This document shows positions 38,118-52,060 of a stretch of 64,000 bases of DNA, one piece after another. How positions within the stretch are numbered: position 1 is the first letter of the stretch; each line of letters begins with the position of its first letter. A program made the translations under genes and the position numbers. Source of the stretch: Asterias rubens (lineage: Eukaryota); assembly GCF_902459465.1 (NCBI RefSeq), contig NC_047082.1, forward strand, positions 9,300,001-9,364,000, in the 5' to 3' direction. Under the pieces are notes generated by a model, which saw nothing but the letters and a program-made list of their open reading frames with translations, was not told where the DNA came from and searched no databases.

Positions 38118-40067
38118 ATGCTGCACGTGGACTTGTAAGGAAAGGCCGCACTACTTGCTGGTCATTTATTGTTTATGTCCTTACAGGATCATCGGGAATT
38201 CTGAACGTCTCCCTACTCACTAACAGCCCCAGGAAACAGTGTCGCATCATCGAGGTGTAATTGAACACGACCAGGGGTGATTTCAAACCCATGGTCTTTA
38301 TAAAGCAGGCTTATAGAACTGAATTCATCGTGTTTAATATATTCCTAGAGCTGTGATACGAGCTGCGTTTTGGGGTCACAAAGAGAACTGGGTCTCTTCA
38401 TAATCTGAAGAGGACGTAGTTATCAGGTGGACATCTCGAAGCAGATCAAGAAAGGTATTTACTGGTTGGTTCGGTGTGTCCATGCATCGGATGTGAGAGT
38501 AAGCTTTGGTTTAGCTGCTAATCTTAAGATTTTGTGAAGATTAAGTAGTAAGTGTGTTGACTGAAGGTGAAGGATCACTTGAAGTAGTTGTGTACTATGA
38601 AAATAGGATTGTGTTTTATCTTCGCTAGATCGGGTTGAACCATGAGTGAACGACTTCAGCTTCTTAACGATGTGTATGGCAGAAGCGTGTCACGTTTGAA
38701 CTTCACAAAATGTTTGAATTTCATACATAGGCCTACATAGCCAATGCATCACATTCAAGGGATTTTAAAATATTCGAACGGTCCGAGATTATAACAAACC
38801 TGGAGTTTGTAGACAGAGTCTTTTACGGAGCTGTCAACTCTTCCTGGTTCTGCAGAAGAAAACAAAAAATAAACCAATCTTTTGATCTTTTTATGTTTTG
38901 ACAAATATTACTTTGGGAATCTTTTTGATAATTTTTTATTTTGTTTTACTTGTCCTTGATACTTACTGAATGTTGTACAAAATACCTCTTGTTGCAAAAC
39001 AGACTAGATTTTGCAAGAGATCTTGTATGCGAAGTAAGATTACACGACTGGGTTAAGACTCGAATGTTTTATTTGTATTTGTTGGGGATGGCAGGGGGGG
39101 TTCGGTCTACGAAATGTCCAAATCACGATCCATTCAAGAGTAAACAACGACAACTACTTCGTGTTCATAACAAGAAAAACAAGGTAATTTCACAGTTTGA
39201 ACAAGGGGCCTTGACAATTTACATTATCGACTTTAAAGGTATTGAAAGGAGGGGCGGCCGTGGGGTCGATAGTGGTTTTACGCTGACCTTGGTATATTTT
39301 CCTTATTTTCATGTCCAGGGAGATATTTATCTAAAATATAAAAATTTAAAAAAAGTATCTTGAATCTTATTTTATTAGAATTGACAGTGCCCCTAAGCCT
39401 TTGTAATATATACGGTTTGCAGGTAAGTTATATTATATACCTCTGGGGGATATGAAATGATGTCTCTGATCACTTTGTGGTAGCAGCTGAAGGGGAATTA
39501 ATAGTTGGCTATAGCGAGTTGTTGCAAGTATAGTTAACATCAGTAAACAAACAGTAAACAATCCAATTAAACTCGATCCAATTGTATTATTGTCACACTT
39601 ATATAAACATTTATACAGTGAAATTCACTTTGGCTTGAGTTAATATAAAAACAAAAAAATAAAACAAAAAACAGAACAAAACCATTACCACAAAGACATA
39701 CACGACGAACAAATCAACAGAGGGCGCACATTATGCAGAGAGACAATTACAGTATAAAAATTGCAAACCCCCCGAAAACAAATTAGAACCACCTCAACTC
39801 ATTTAGAGATTATTACATGGTGTTACAGCAAACTCTTCTGTATATTAATTAAAAAGTATTAATCATTAAGTAACCTTATTGCACTGGGGTAAAAACTATT
39901 GCGAGTACGGTTGGAGTCGGCTCGCACTTTGTACTCACTAACCTGTTCTCATTAATTCAAACAAACTATTCGCAGGGTGAAATTCATACGAAATAATAGA
40001 TCTTGATTTATTTAGAACCCGTGCATCATAAATGTATCAAAATCAGGAAGCTCTCAAAAATAATGGT

Positions 40068-40405
40068 TAAACAAAATACTTCTTAGTAACGAACAATGGA
40101 GAGCTGTTGAAACTATACAAAAACAAATTGTTAGAAACGACTCCCTCTGAAGTAGCGTACCTTTTTAGCAAATGTAATTTCCCACTCGATTGTTTAAAAA
40201 CGTCATACCTGAAGTATTTTATATAGCGACTGAAAGCGCACAAATTTTGCAACAAGGGTGTTATTCTTTCAATTTCATTATTCTCTTGCAGCTTCGATGA
40301 CAATTTGAGTAAACATGTCCACAGATTTGTTATCTTATACATGTTTGGATAGACCAAGTGAGATAACTGGTCTTTGACAAATACCAATTAATGTGTCCAG
40401 TGCCT
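40068..40405 (-). mobile_element. Family A, reverse orientation
   Basis: Reverse-complement body; ends GTGTCCAGTGCCT|TTAA. Confidence 0.8.
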
Positions 40406-41614
40406 TTAATTTAGCCCTAAATTGAACGATGGTAATTGAGAAGTTTGGAGTTGGGTGTCGTGCGGTATAACTCGACTCAGTATCGGGGAGGACTTCAGTA
40501 CCCGAGGGCCAGTATTGGATGGAGAGATCGGTAAATTCTGCAGACAATAAACTGTCTTCATTACATGATAATGATCGCAATGCCTGGAGCCGATCTCCAC
40601 ATTGAAAGTGGATGCACACTTTGTGAAATGATATAGGAGACTGGGGGCTTTGAGGACAGTTTTTCTTCAAAGGGAAATACGCAAGTTTACAAAGAATTAA
40701 TACACATACATCAGATAATATATCTAGATAATGTGTACTGATATTAAGTTCGCCCATTTTGTAAAATGAAACAAAATTTCAAATCCAGCTTTACACAAGA
40801 TCAGATAAGAGTCTAAGATTTGTAGAATATTGTTGCTAATGTCCCTTAATAATACAAACAATATCCATTGCAGTGTACAGGTGTTCTACTCTATAGCCAA
40901 ACAGGATTGAGTGAAGTCATGCTCAGGAAACCCACACCACCTGTCGACGAGCAATCTTTCCTTTTCAAGACGAGAAAAACTTGGCAAAGCATTAATTTGA
41001 TTGGTTACCAAACCATGATGCGAAAATAGGCCAAGCGAACAATCAACCACAGTTTGTAAAGTAGGTCTGTTAGATAATTTTTTAATCAATTATTGCCCCT
41101 CAGTTTGCCGCCAACGTCTTGTTCCTGCACACCCGAACAGTCGTGACTACACATTTTCATTACAGATGAAAAGAAGCCTGTCTATGTTTACCTTCGAGCC
41201 TTGCTTCGTTTCGTTGAAATGCTTTCTTGTAAAAAGGGCGACACCGGGATGAATTTATTGCCCTCTTCTGTCAGATGTTTCCCGAAAGTTGTTCTCAAAG
41301 AAATTGCCTAATTCATCCTCAAGGTTCAACAAGTAATTATAAGTCTGGGCCAGTGGGATTTAATCGATCCCGAGAGTTTATCTTCCGTCGATCGATTCGT
41401 ACATGGCGTTAACAAAAAAAAGTACACTCTCGGAATCCTCTGTTGAATGTTAATGAGGCTGAAAATTTCCCGGTTAATTCCATTAGTAAAATCAATTATT
41501 TCGATGTCCCTTAAAGTACTTTGATGAGGGTTTTATTTTGTGAAATCAAATAAGATAGTCATCGAGTAATATCAAAACAAGTGAGAGTATACGATCCTTG
41601 ACAATAGTGTCAAG

Positions 41615-41968
41615 TTGACACTATTGGTAATTGTTAAAGACCAGTCTTCTCACCTGCTGCATCTCAACATAATTTTGCATCAAATAACAAACCTGTGAAA
41701 ATCTGAGCTCAATCGGTCGTCGAAGTTGCGAGATAATAATGAAAGAAAAAAAACACCCTTGTCACACGAAGTTGTGTGCGTTCAGATGCTTGATTTCGAT
41801 TTGAGGTCTCGAAATCAAATTCGTTCGTGGAAAATTACTTCTTTCACGAACACTACTCCACTCCAGAGGGAGCCGTTTCTCACAATGTTTTATACCATCA
41901 ACCTCTCCCCATTACTCGTTGCCATGTAAGGTTTTATGCTCATAAATATTTTGAGTTACTACCAATGT
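41615..41968 (+). mobile_element. Family A, termini eroded
   Basis: GACACTATTGGTAATTG plus family body. Confidence 0.85.
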
Positions 41969-41997
41969 TTGTAGTTATTCAAAATACTTTTGTATTG

Positions 41998-42308
41998 TAA
42001 AAAATTACTTGGTAACGAGCAATGACGAGCTGTTGGTAGTATAAAACATTGTAAGAAACTACTTTCTCTGAAGCAACAGAAATGGGTAATCTTTTTCACT
42101 CACTAAAGTAATAAAAGACTTCAGGTCTGAATTCTTTTATTAGGCATCTGGAAAGCAACAAGTGAGTTTTTCTTACATTATTCTCTCGTATTTTTGATGA
42201 CCGTTTTGAGTCAACAGTCTCAAAGATTTATTGTCTTTGCATTATCTCTGAATAAAGCACATGATAATACTAGTCTTTGATAATTACAAAAAGAATGAAG
42301 TGCCTATA
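41998..42308 (-). mobile_element. Family A, degenerate, tail-to-tail with the previous copy
   Basis: Reverse-complement body (TTACTTGGTAACGAGCAATG, AAAGACTTCAGGTCTGAA). Confidence 0.7.
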
Positions 42309-44011
42309 ACATGGAGGCCCAATGCCAGAAGAACTTGTAGAAATTGTTCTGACTTCGTGTGACATTTGTGTTTTTTCTTCCACTATAATCTCGCAACTTC
42401 AATTCTTAAAATGTTAGTGAAGTACAAAATAAACATCGGTAGCATGATCGACCATTACAAGTAGTGACTTGGTTCATCTCTAACAGCAAGGACTCTGTGA
42501 ATAACCTCACTATTCTAAGCAGTTTTAAGAGTCTTGCGAACAGTCAATAGCTTCTTCACCGTTGGATATAGGGTAAAAGATGATGGCAAATCCCTAATTG
42601 TGCACAGTCAAAATAACCCAAGGCTAATTTATGGTTTTAGAAGCGGTTATATCATAACTTACCTCAAATCTTCGTTGACAATAACAGTTTGTATGTAAAC
42701 CACAGTAATTTATCGAACAGTTATGGCGTAGCGGTTGCACTGCGATCGTCTGACGGTTGATTACAAAATGACTATTTGAAAAAAAAAAACTCATCTATAG
42801 TAGTGTTCGAGATATCGTTTATGTACATAAAGTACTTTCCCATTGTCCGATCTCCTTTAGAATCCCGAAGACGAGGGTCGCCATATTGACATTTCCAAAT
42901 GCTGAGTGGATTACTGCTATCGATTTTAGGGAAGTTGGTTTTGTGGATGAACTGTGTTCTGGACATCTCGTCAGTACACAGTCAGTTACACACATACACT
43001 ATGTTTTTCATACTTAAACTACAAGGGAAAAGGGAGATTCGATTCAGAATTTCATAAAGCTGTTAAGCAGACACAACTTCTTAAAAAATGTCTTTGCTGA
43101 GCAAAAATTGAGTCGGGCACCAGCAGTAACAATACAAACTCAATGTAACATGGGCTGGTAACCTGTTTCTTCTGAGCAAAACCACTCTGTGCTTAGAGAG
43201 TTTTCTTTGTGCTTACAGGCTTTAGAAAATTTGGTCCATGACCTGATATTTTCGTTTGTTCTTAATGAAAAATTAGAAGAAACTAACTGCACAAAGTTGA
43301 TTGTTTAAAAGTACAAATGAATAATCCAGTTGTACATTTACAAAGTATTTTACCATTGCGAAACTATAATCTTTCAATGAACTGTTTTTGCTTTACATAT
43401 GCGGAGAGTGAGACCAGAGGGCGCATCGATAGTTGTTCGATAGTTGTTCTCTAATCCATCAATATTAGAGGGCGCTGTTGCAAGTTATGAGTGTGCACCA
43501 AACTTAATTAGGTTCCTAGAGCAACAATAATTATTGTTTTAAATGTGCCTGCCTCTTCAAAAAAAGAAGGGGGAAAAAACACGACAGTACAGCTATAACA
43601 AGTTGTGGGTTTATATTTTAAAAAGTAAGCTCTGCGCAAGGGTTTATCTTTAGTGTGGTGTACTCACATACATGTCAGCATGTATTTCCCAACCCTATTA
43701 TTGTGCTATCAGAGGGCGCTGTTTTGAGTTATTAACTTTGTGCAGGATCCAGATAAAGTATGTAGTCTTTTAGATAAAGATAGAGGGCGCTTTTCTCATT
43801 CACCACAATATCTCAGTTCGAAATGGCAAACTGTTTCTAAATTTATGACAAAAGTGTTAGGAATGAATTTGTATTTTGCTATTTTTTAAAGGGTCAGGGT
43901 TAGATGATTTCACAATAGTTTGTCAATACTTGTAGTGAAACTTTACGAATCAAATAAAGTCAGTGTACTAAAGGATGTCGGTGACCATTCGAGCCTTCTA
44001 ATTGCTTCTTA

Positions 44012-44213
44012 GGGCCATGTCACACGAGGTAATTTACAGGCAACCAGTTCCAGGCAATCAAAAGAAGAAAAGTCAGTCACATACGAATGTTCATGTATTT
44101 TCCCTTGGTGATCGTCAGACATTGTTTGCAAATTACTCATCGGTCTGTAGCGTGCGCCGCAGTTGGTTGCCTTCAAGTTGCCCATAAAAGGTGCTTCTTC
44201 GTGTGACAAGGCC
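44012..44213. mobile_element. PIF/Harbinger-like MITE, TWA-type flanks
   Basis: TTA|GGGCCATGTCACACGA ... TCGTGTGACAAGGCC|TAA. Confidence 0.75.
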
Positions 44214-44228
44214 TAAATTACTCCTTAA

Positions 44229-44606
44229 AGACAGTGGACACTATTGGTAATTGTCAAAGACCAGTCTTCTCACTTGGTGTATCTCAACAGATGCATAAAA
44301 ATAACAAACTTGTGAAAATGTGAGCTCGATTAGTCATCGGAGTTGCGAGATAACTATGAAAGAAAAAAAATACTTGTCACACGAAGTTATGTGCTTTTAG
44401 ATGCTTGATTTCGAGACCTCAAATTCTAAACTTGAGGTCCCGAAATCGAAATCATGGAAAATTACTTCTTTCTCGAAAACTATGTCACTACAGAGGGAGC
44501 AGTTTCTCACAATCTGTTATACTTTCAACCTCTCCCCTTTACTCGTTACCAAGTGAGATTTTATGCTGATTGTTTTTTGAGTAATTACCAATAGTGTCCA
44601 CTGCCT
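44229..44606 (+). mobile_element. Family A, full length
   Basis: TTAA TSDs, ~24-bp TIRs. Confidence 0.92.
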
Positions 44607-44859
44607 TTAACTATGTTTAATGTCACAAGCTTAATTAGTTGCTCACCATTTAATTGTCTCTTTGGCCTGGGTCATCGGCATAAGACACTCGAGTTGAACA
44701 CTTCGACGATGCGAGGGCAGAAAAGGCTGCGAACTCGAAGCAGCTATACAAAACGAAGGGAACATGGCACAGCGCCCTCCTTCGGGCACTGCCCCGTTTC
44801 ACACTACGGCTGCTGTCTACATTTGAGGCTTAAATTGTGTGTCTTGAAATTTAATCATC

Positions 44860-45195
44860 TTCATCATTCAGGCTGTAATCATTCAGTGTAAGATGTTTTC
44901 TTCCTCATGTAGTCGCCATTCAGTTCTGGTCCATGTTATTCCTGCATATTCCCTGATGTCATCTTCTTCTCTGTCTACCTCTTTTCCTTTTCCCTGTCCT
45001 TGGTTGCCAATCCATTATATTCTTGTTGCCCATCTGTTGTCATTTCTTCGGGCAGTGTGTCTAGCCCATCTCAATTTAGCTTGGTGTATTACCCTTATGA
45101 TGTCTCTAACTCTAGTTTTTAATCCTGTCTGTAATTGACATATGTGGCATTTGCCTTTCCATTGCTCTTTGTGTTGTGCGGAGTGTTTGTTCTAT
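44860..45195 (-). mobile_element. RTE-clade LINE 3' fragment (decayed)
   Basis: Minus translation LRTTQRAMERQM...DRIKN / RVRDII...KLRWARHTARRNDNRWAT...DDIREYAGITW...WRLHEE, then a GAT-like tail; contains stops and frameshifts. Confidence 0.85.
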
Positions 45196-45779
45196 CGTGT
45201 TTTTTTTTTGTACAACGCTCGTATAATTATTTGAAACGTATACCTCGCCTTTATTTTTAAGGAGAGTGATCGTTGTCAAGAATGTGGCCGAGTACCTTAA
45301 AGCTTTCTTCACTGCTGCACTTAGGAATGTGAAGAATAAACCTACATTCAGTATGGTACAATTCGAATCCAGCTTGGAATTCTTGGAGTCAATAATGACA
45401 CAAAGAGAATGGTTAGATGGGTTTTCAAAGTGTTGCATGCGAAGATCAGACTCGAAGCTATTTTGCAATCTGGATTATGTTGTAAGCGTCTCCAATGTTA
45501 TAACACTTCAACAAGTTCGAATTGTACACCGACATCAGGCAGTCTTGTTGTCGTTGGATGTAATAAAACACATAATTTCGTCTTGAGCTAGTAAACAAAT
45601 TATACAGTGTCTTTAGTTTTAATTTGATACGGAATGAAATTGACAGAGAACATTCACGAGGCTGTGGGAAGTAAAAGACGATCACTACTCTACAGTACTT
45701 TGACTGGATCATGATTTTGATGACTACAGTTGGGATTGAGTTGCAACCGTGCAGTAAAATCTATCGGAGGTAAGTTTAA

Positions 45780-46133
45780 AGGAACACGTTGCCTTGGATC
45801 GGTCGAGTTGGTCTTTGAAAAGCGTTCGTAACCGTTTGTTATTAAATACATATTATGGTTAGAAAGATATTTTAAAATATTGCGTGGTTTTCCTTTTACT
45901 TTGCGAATTAACACGGTCAGCCATTTACGGGAGTCAACAAGTTCACTCGCCTAAATGGCCGACCGTGTTTGTCGACGAGGTAAAAGGAAAACCACGCAAT
46001 TTCGAGTGATACTTGTGTGGATCATTATATTGTACTTTTAAAATATATTTCTAATCATTATGCATTTTATATAACAAACGGTTACAATTGCTTTTCAAAG
46101 ACCAACTCGACCGATCCAAGGCAACGTGTTCCT
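45780..46133. mobile_element. Family C, full length
   Basis: TTAA TSDs; arms palindromic over most of the length. Confidence 0.92.
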
Positions 46134-47215
46134 TTAAGATTGACCTAACAGTTTCGTAGACGGGTTTCTAGGGAGGGGTAGGTAGGGTATGGGCGCCTAT
46201 ACCCATTGATAACTCCCGGTGGAAGGAGATTCTGTCCCCGATAATTGTGTCTCCCGCCCTCTATACGGCGAACTGTGTACAAACTACTTCTGATGGCGCC
46301 CTCTTTTGAATCATCCTCATTCAGCCCTTGGCACGAACATGGCAATTTCTAACATTAATTTGAACCAAGAACCACAGTCCTCTGAGAGGAGTGAGCCCTC
46401 CGTTGTCAACATGTTTGCTTCCTGTTGCCCTAGATTCGTGCACTCTAAGCTGTCCGAGTCATCTCGCTACAATTTCAAGACGCCAGCCTGTCTAAATGAT
46501 TACCAAGAAATTTAGCTTATAAGTTATTTAAACAACACGGGAGCAATCTTGGATCGATTACATCTATGTTAAACTCCCGTCTAGAAACCGTCATTCACGG
46601 TCGCCAAGAATTATTTATTTATTCAATTCGGCAACTTAGTAGGCCTATAACGTTGGAACCTTATTAGTTTCTCTAACTTGAGTTTGATATCGACGTCCTC
46701 AGTAAATATATAAAAAAAAAATGTTTTTTTTAGTGATACAGATGTCCTGAATTTCTAACAATCAAATGTAAATGCCGATTATTGTGTGTTAGGCGATAGC
46801 GGAATTTTAAACAAATGAATTGGAATTGTGGTTTTGGGTGCAAGTGTTGTTTTGAATTATGAGTGCAAAGCAAAAGCGACATCAACCGATAAAGGCCTAT
46901 GCATATAAGCTAAAAAAAAATCGAAACAAAATCAGAAAGATCATTTTGGGATCTAAGTCTTGTTTTGGGGGTTTTAACATTAATTTTATCACTCAACCAT
47001 TCTAAACTATGTGGTATAATTTCGACGTTATCAGTGTTCTTTCACAATTTTTTTTAAGTAAAAATTTCCTTAAATCATTAAAATATTCATTTCTGATATC
47101 ATGACACATTCTACAAATTCCTTCCGAGAGGCCGCTGTGAAATTAACATTTGCATAAGTTATCTTACGATGTGTTCTTCGTTATATACTGGCACAACCCA
47201 ACGCATGAGTCTTAA

Positions 47216-47378
47216 AGCGAACCGTGCGGAAACAAGGGTGGGTTTTCCCGTTATTTTCTCCCGACTCCGATGACCGATTGAGCCTAAATTTTCACAGGTT
47301 TGTTATTTTATAAATAAGTTGTGATACACGAAGTTTGGCCCTTTGGGTAATACTGTTGACTGAAAGTATCCAATGGCT
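47216..47378. mobile_element. TTAA-flanked element, family B (deleted form)
   Basis: Shares AAACCGTGCGGAAACAAG...GACTCCGATGACCGATTGAGCCTAAA with 49447-49734. Confidence 0.75.
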
Positions 47379-48154
47379 TTAATCTAGTCTTACACAATAA
47401 TGTAATACAACTTTAACAACACGCAGTTCTATAGAATGAAATTTTTGGGTTAAACTGATGTTCTTTTAATGTTATGTATTGCAAGAAGTCATAAAGATAA
47501 TCATTTTTTCATGGCCGGAGAGTGGCCTTTTTATGAAATGTATGTCATATATTTTTGACCCTGACCAGTATTATACGGTGAAAGCAACTCCTACAACGAA
47601 CAAAAGTCATTTTCCTTGTTTTTCTGCAGAAGTAGTTGGCCCAGAAATTACCAGACTACCTTCACGAAGCAAATGGCAATGACGCCAACAAATGAAGTCC
47701 ACTTTCATATGTTAAAACTTCAAAAGAAGACGCCGAAAGAAATACCCAGAGCACGATTTGTCCTTACAAATTACACTGCAGGTCAAGCTATCGCATCAAA
47801 TAAGGAAAAAAAACCTACAATCATCATAAGATAAAGGCTTATTACCGCATTCTTTTGCAGCAATTTTACCGGCAAACATATCTGTTTCATTAGCAGACAA
47901 ATGTCAAAAGCAGAGGCCATGGCATAATTGGGTCTCGATGAACAAAACCATAAGGGATAGCACGCATCCCTTTTGTGTTGCTCTATTATGTGTTGTTGTA
48001 CGCTAAACAAACCTTTCACCATGGGCCAATTTCATAGAGCTGCTTAAGCAACAAACTTGCGTAAGCACGAAAATAGCTCAACTATTTTACACATGTTACT
48101 GGCCAAAATGTCATGCCATATACATTGCTTGCTACTGGTATTTAGCTGTTGTTC

Positions 48155-48259
48155 ACCGATTGTGCTCAAATTTTCACAGGTTTGTTATTTTATGCATATG
48201 TTGAGATACACCAACTGTGGAGGCTAGTCTTTGACAATTACCAATAGTGTCCACTGCCT
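48155..48259 (-). mobile_element. Family A terminal fragment
   Basis: ...GTCTTTGACAATTACCAATAGTGTCCACTGCCT|TTAA. Confidence 0.8.
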
Positions 48260-49193
48260 TTAATGTTCATTAACTTGCCTTTTAATTATGTGTTTCTGTA
48301 TTTTTATGAGATAAGTATCTTTGCAATAATACTCAATAATTGAAAGAAATAAAAATAACAAAGTCTCCAGCGGGAGTAATAATATACCTAGTAATACCAA
48401 TAACACTTCTAAGTGAAGGGAGTTGATCAAAGTCTCCTATGCAATGAACATTGTCAAGGGAACAATTGTATACCCATGGTCATTTTATGATTGAATTTGC
48501 AACATCCTCCTTCGTCCGTTTCTCGGACAAAAATTTGATCAGTTTCCAATTGGAAGGGTTTTCAAGAACTTAATGAACTTAAAGTCACCTTGGGACGTAG
48601 ATGGAGAGTTTTAGAATCTCGCTTCAAAAGAAATTCGCTGGGAATAGTTGTTAGAATGGGATCGAACAATAAAGTGGGCTTGTTTGTGTTGAAACTGGAT
48701 TAGAAAAATATTTTTTTTCTACAAAAGAAAACTTAATTAGTTGTTGATTTTGAGTTTGGGATAAGTTGCACTAGGAGTTAATCAGCTGCATTGAAAATAT
48801 ACATTATAATAAATAAAAACGAAGAATATGTCCCTGACAAAGAGAATTCCTTTCAACAAAGTCAGGTTGGTAGACTAATAGCCGAATAATGATTTCTCAA
48901 CCTTTCTGTTTTTATCAGAAGACCAAAAAATATAAATACACAAATCGGTAGACGCCATCTTAGAATGTAGTCCCACAAACATCATCTCTCTCACGTTTGA
49001 GTCAGCCATCGGCAATCAAATTATTAACATTTCCATAATAATATATATGTGTTATTTTTGTAAGAAATGTTTGGTAATGTTTAGCTTTGATTATAACGGT
49101 GTATTAATATTTATGTATCTACATACTTAGACACTTCCTTGACTCTCGTGCTTCAAAAATATGTAACAATATTACAATAATTATCAGCACAAA

Positions 49194-49734
49194 AGGCATT
49201 GACCACACTAAACTTTTCAAAATTTACAGGGTTTTTTTCTTCGGATTTATGTATATTGAAAACTGCTGGATGAGAATATACTACAATAATCATGACCTAC
49301 ATTAACCCACAGAGAATCGAGAAAAACGGCATTATTTCAAGTCAAATCGGATCAAACTTATTACTAGTATCATTATTGTGTTACTCTTCCTTTGTGTGTT
49401 TAATGATCCCGACAATAATGTTAACCACAAATGGAAAAGTACTTGGCAAAACCGTGCGGAAACAAGTGTGTTTTTTTTCGTTATTTTCTCCTGACTCCGA
49501 TGACCGATTGAGCCTAAAGTTTCACAGGTTTGTTATTTTATAATTATATAAGTTGTATAATAGGATGTGAGGCATTGCATGGTGAGGTATCGATGTATAT
49601 TTGGTTTGCGGTAACACCATGTGTGTGTCTACTTGCCAGGTAGAGATTGTTCTCAGAGAACTGTCTTTTATTAGTTGTGATACACGAAGTGTGGGTCTTT
49701 GGACAATACTGTTTACCGATGTTGTGCGATTGCT
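49194..49734. mobile_element. Family B, longer form with an insert at 49557-49672
   Basis: Homology to 47216-47378; ends TGCT|TTAA. Confidence 0.7.
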
Positions 49735-50162
49735 TTAAACAACCTGGTCATTGATCATATTTATTTTTATTTATTTATTTATTTTTTTTGGGGGGAGGGG
49801 GTGTAGAAAGGGGGCAAGCACGGTCGAAACGTGATCATGAAGATTGCTATAGCGGGTAATGGGGTTGAGTGGCGTGTACTTTACTATGCAGCTGCGTTGG
49901 CTTTGGACGAGTGCAATGAAGTATACCTCTAGGATCCAATGATCAGGCAGGCGGGATTACTAATCCGCGGATTGCCGGATCCATGGAGAATATGGCTTAA
50001 AGGAGATTTATGTGTAGACGAGACAAATCAATTCTAGGTGGTTATCTAGTAGATGGTTAGCCTGCTACTGGCCAGCAAACAGAGTAGTTGTAAGGCGCCA
50101 ACATCCACCAAATGAAGGTGTCCAAGGCGCACGAGTCTCAGAATGGATACTCACACAGTTAC

Positions 50163-50496
50163 AAACACTGGACACTATTTGTAATTGTCGAAGACCAGTC
50201 TTTACTTGGTGTATCTCAACATATGCATAAAATAACGAACCTTTGAACATTTGAGCTCAATCGTTCATCAAAGTTGGGAGATAATAATGAGAGAGAAAAA
50301 ACACCCTTGTCACACGAAGTTGCGTTCGAAATCAAATTCGATGAAAATTACTTCTTTCTCGAAAACTACGTCACTTCAGAGGGAGCCGTTTCTCACAATG
50401 TTTTATACAATCGACAGCTCCCCATTACTCGTTACTAAGTAAGGTTTTGTGCTAATAATTATTTTGAGTAATTATTACCAATAGTGTCCACTGCCT
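50163..50496 (+). mobile_element. Family A, internal hairpin partly deleted
   Basis: Family body; right TIR plus TTAA. Confidence 0.85.
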
Positions 50497-50696
50497 TTAA
50501 GAAAGCGGACAACCAGAAAAAGAACTATACAAACTTTACCTGGTCACCAAAAACATTCTATTGGTAAAAAACCATAAGAAAGAAGTCACTGTAGAATTAT
50601 ATAATCTCTTTCTTAAAGTAATTTCAAACGCCGTTTTCAATACGAATGTGCTGTCTGTACAAACATGTATTACGTACGCGCTTTTGACGAGCTTAA

Positions 50697-51077
50697 AGGC
50701 ACACGTTGCCTTGGATCGGTCGATTTGGTCCTTGAAAAGCGTCCTGTAACAGTTTTTTTTATAAAATCGGTATGGTTAGATGTTGTACAAGTAGAATACA
50801 ATGATCTACACAAATATCCCTCGAAATTGCGTGATTTTCATGTTACCTCGTCCAGTAACACGGTCGGCAATTTATGGGAGTCAAATTTTTGACTCCCATA
50901 AATGGCCGACCGTGTTAGTTCGCGACGTATAATGAAAACCGTGCAATGTTGAGTGATACTTGTGTGGATAATTATATTCTACTTTGTAAACATCTTTCTA
51001 ACCATATGCATTTCATAACAAACGGTTTCAAACGCTTTTTATAGACCAACTCGTCCGATCCAAGGCAACGTGTTGCT
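50697..51077. mobile_element. Family C, full length
   Basis: TTAA TSDs and long inverted arms. Confidence 0.9.
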
Positions 51078-51902
51078 TTAAGCCACGAGAAAGGTTTGAA
51101 TCAAACATGAATCACCAAGAGGCATGGAAGAAACGTTATGCCCGATTCTAAATAATGAACTAGGAGACGAGAACGTTTAAATGTCCTGAACAATTTTAGT
51201 CCGGATGAATAGGTTGACGAATTTAGGCGTCATGCGTGGGACGTGTACCTTGTGGGTATGTTATAACATGAGTGCATTATTGACATGATAATTTTACCGT
51301 GGTACATCTAACTTGTAAATCTACCTTTTGATTCAAAGCAATGTAACTAAAAAGAGGCTGGGAGTTAAATTTACTTTGTTTGCATACAGCAATGAATAGG
51401 TGACTGCTGTGGTCGGGATGCTGTGCCGGGTGTGTAGGCTTACTGAATTGCTTGCTGTAAAGTACATTGACATCTGACCAATCACTTATGATTTTGTCAA
51501 CCTGTCATTGATGAACACTAAGCTTCATCGGAAATACCAGCTTAAAATTATCCGATTATTTCCTCACTTTGAAAGACTTTACACATTGCCAGCGTGTTGA
51601 GTATACCACCATTCTTTTTTTTTTTAATACAAATTTCGTGTACTTAAAGTCCATACGGTAAAAGTCACCATATCAACATTGTGGAAACATCCCCAAAGTA
51701 GCGGTAAAACAAATTTAAACAACAACAATCAGTAAATAGCAAATTAAAAAAAACATGCTTCGTTTGACAACACATGCCTTCAATTATTGTCCGTTGTCCC
51801 AAGACTTAGATTTTGCGAAAAATAACCTGGCAATTTGGGTGAATCAATAGTTCAATTGGTATTACGTTTTGTTGTCTTGTCCAAAATGAACTGTTACATC
51901 AT

Positions 51903-52060
51903 CTTGGCTGAGCGGTCCAGAGCGTGATAGACTCAAGTTATAGTGCTTCTGATCTGCAGGCTGTGGGTTTTCGAAGCCTGGTCATGACACTGGTGTTCTT
52001 AGTTTATTCAAAGCACTTCGCCAAGATTGATTCGTCCTTCGGATGGGACGTAAAACCGTA
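51903..52060 (+). mobile_element. 5' fragment of the same SINE family
   Basis: TGGCTGAGCGG, degenerate B box, GTCCTTCGGATGGGACGTAAAACCG. Confidence 0.75.

Noticed and set aside
40886-41410. Protein-like minus-strand reading (possible pseudogene or LINE ORF1)
   Set aside because: Several stops occur in every frame, and the resemblance rests on only two short words.
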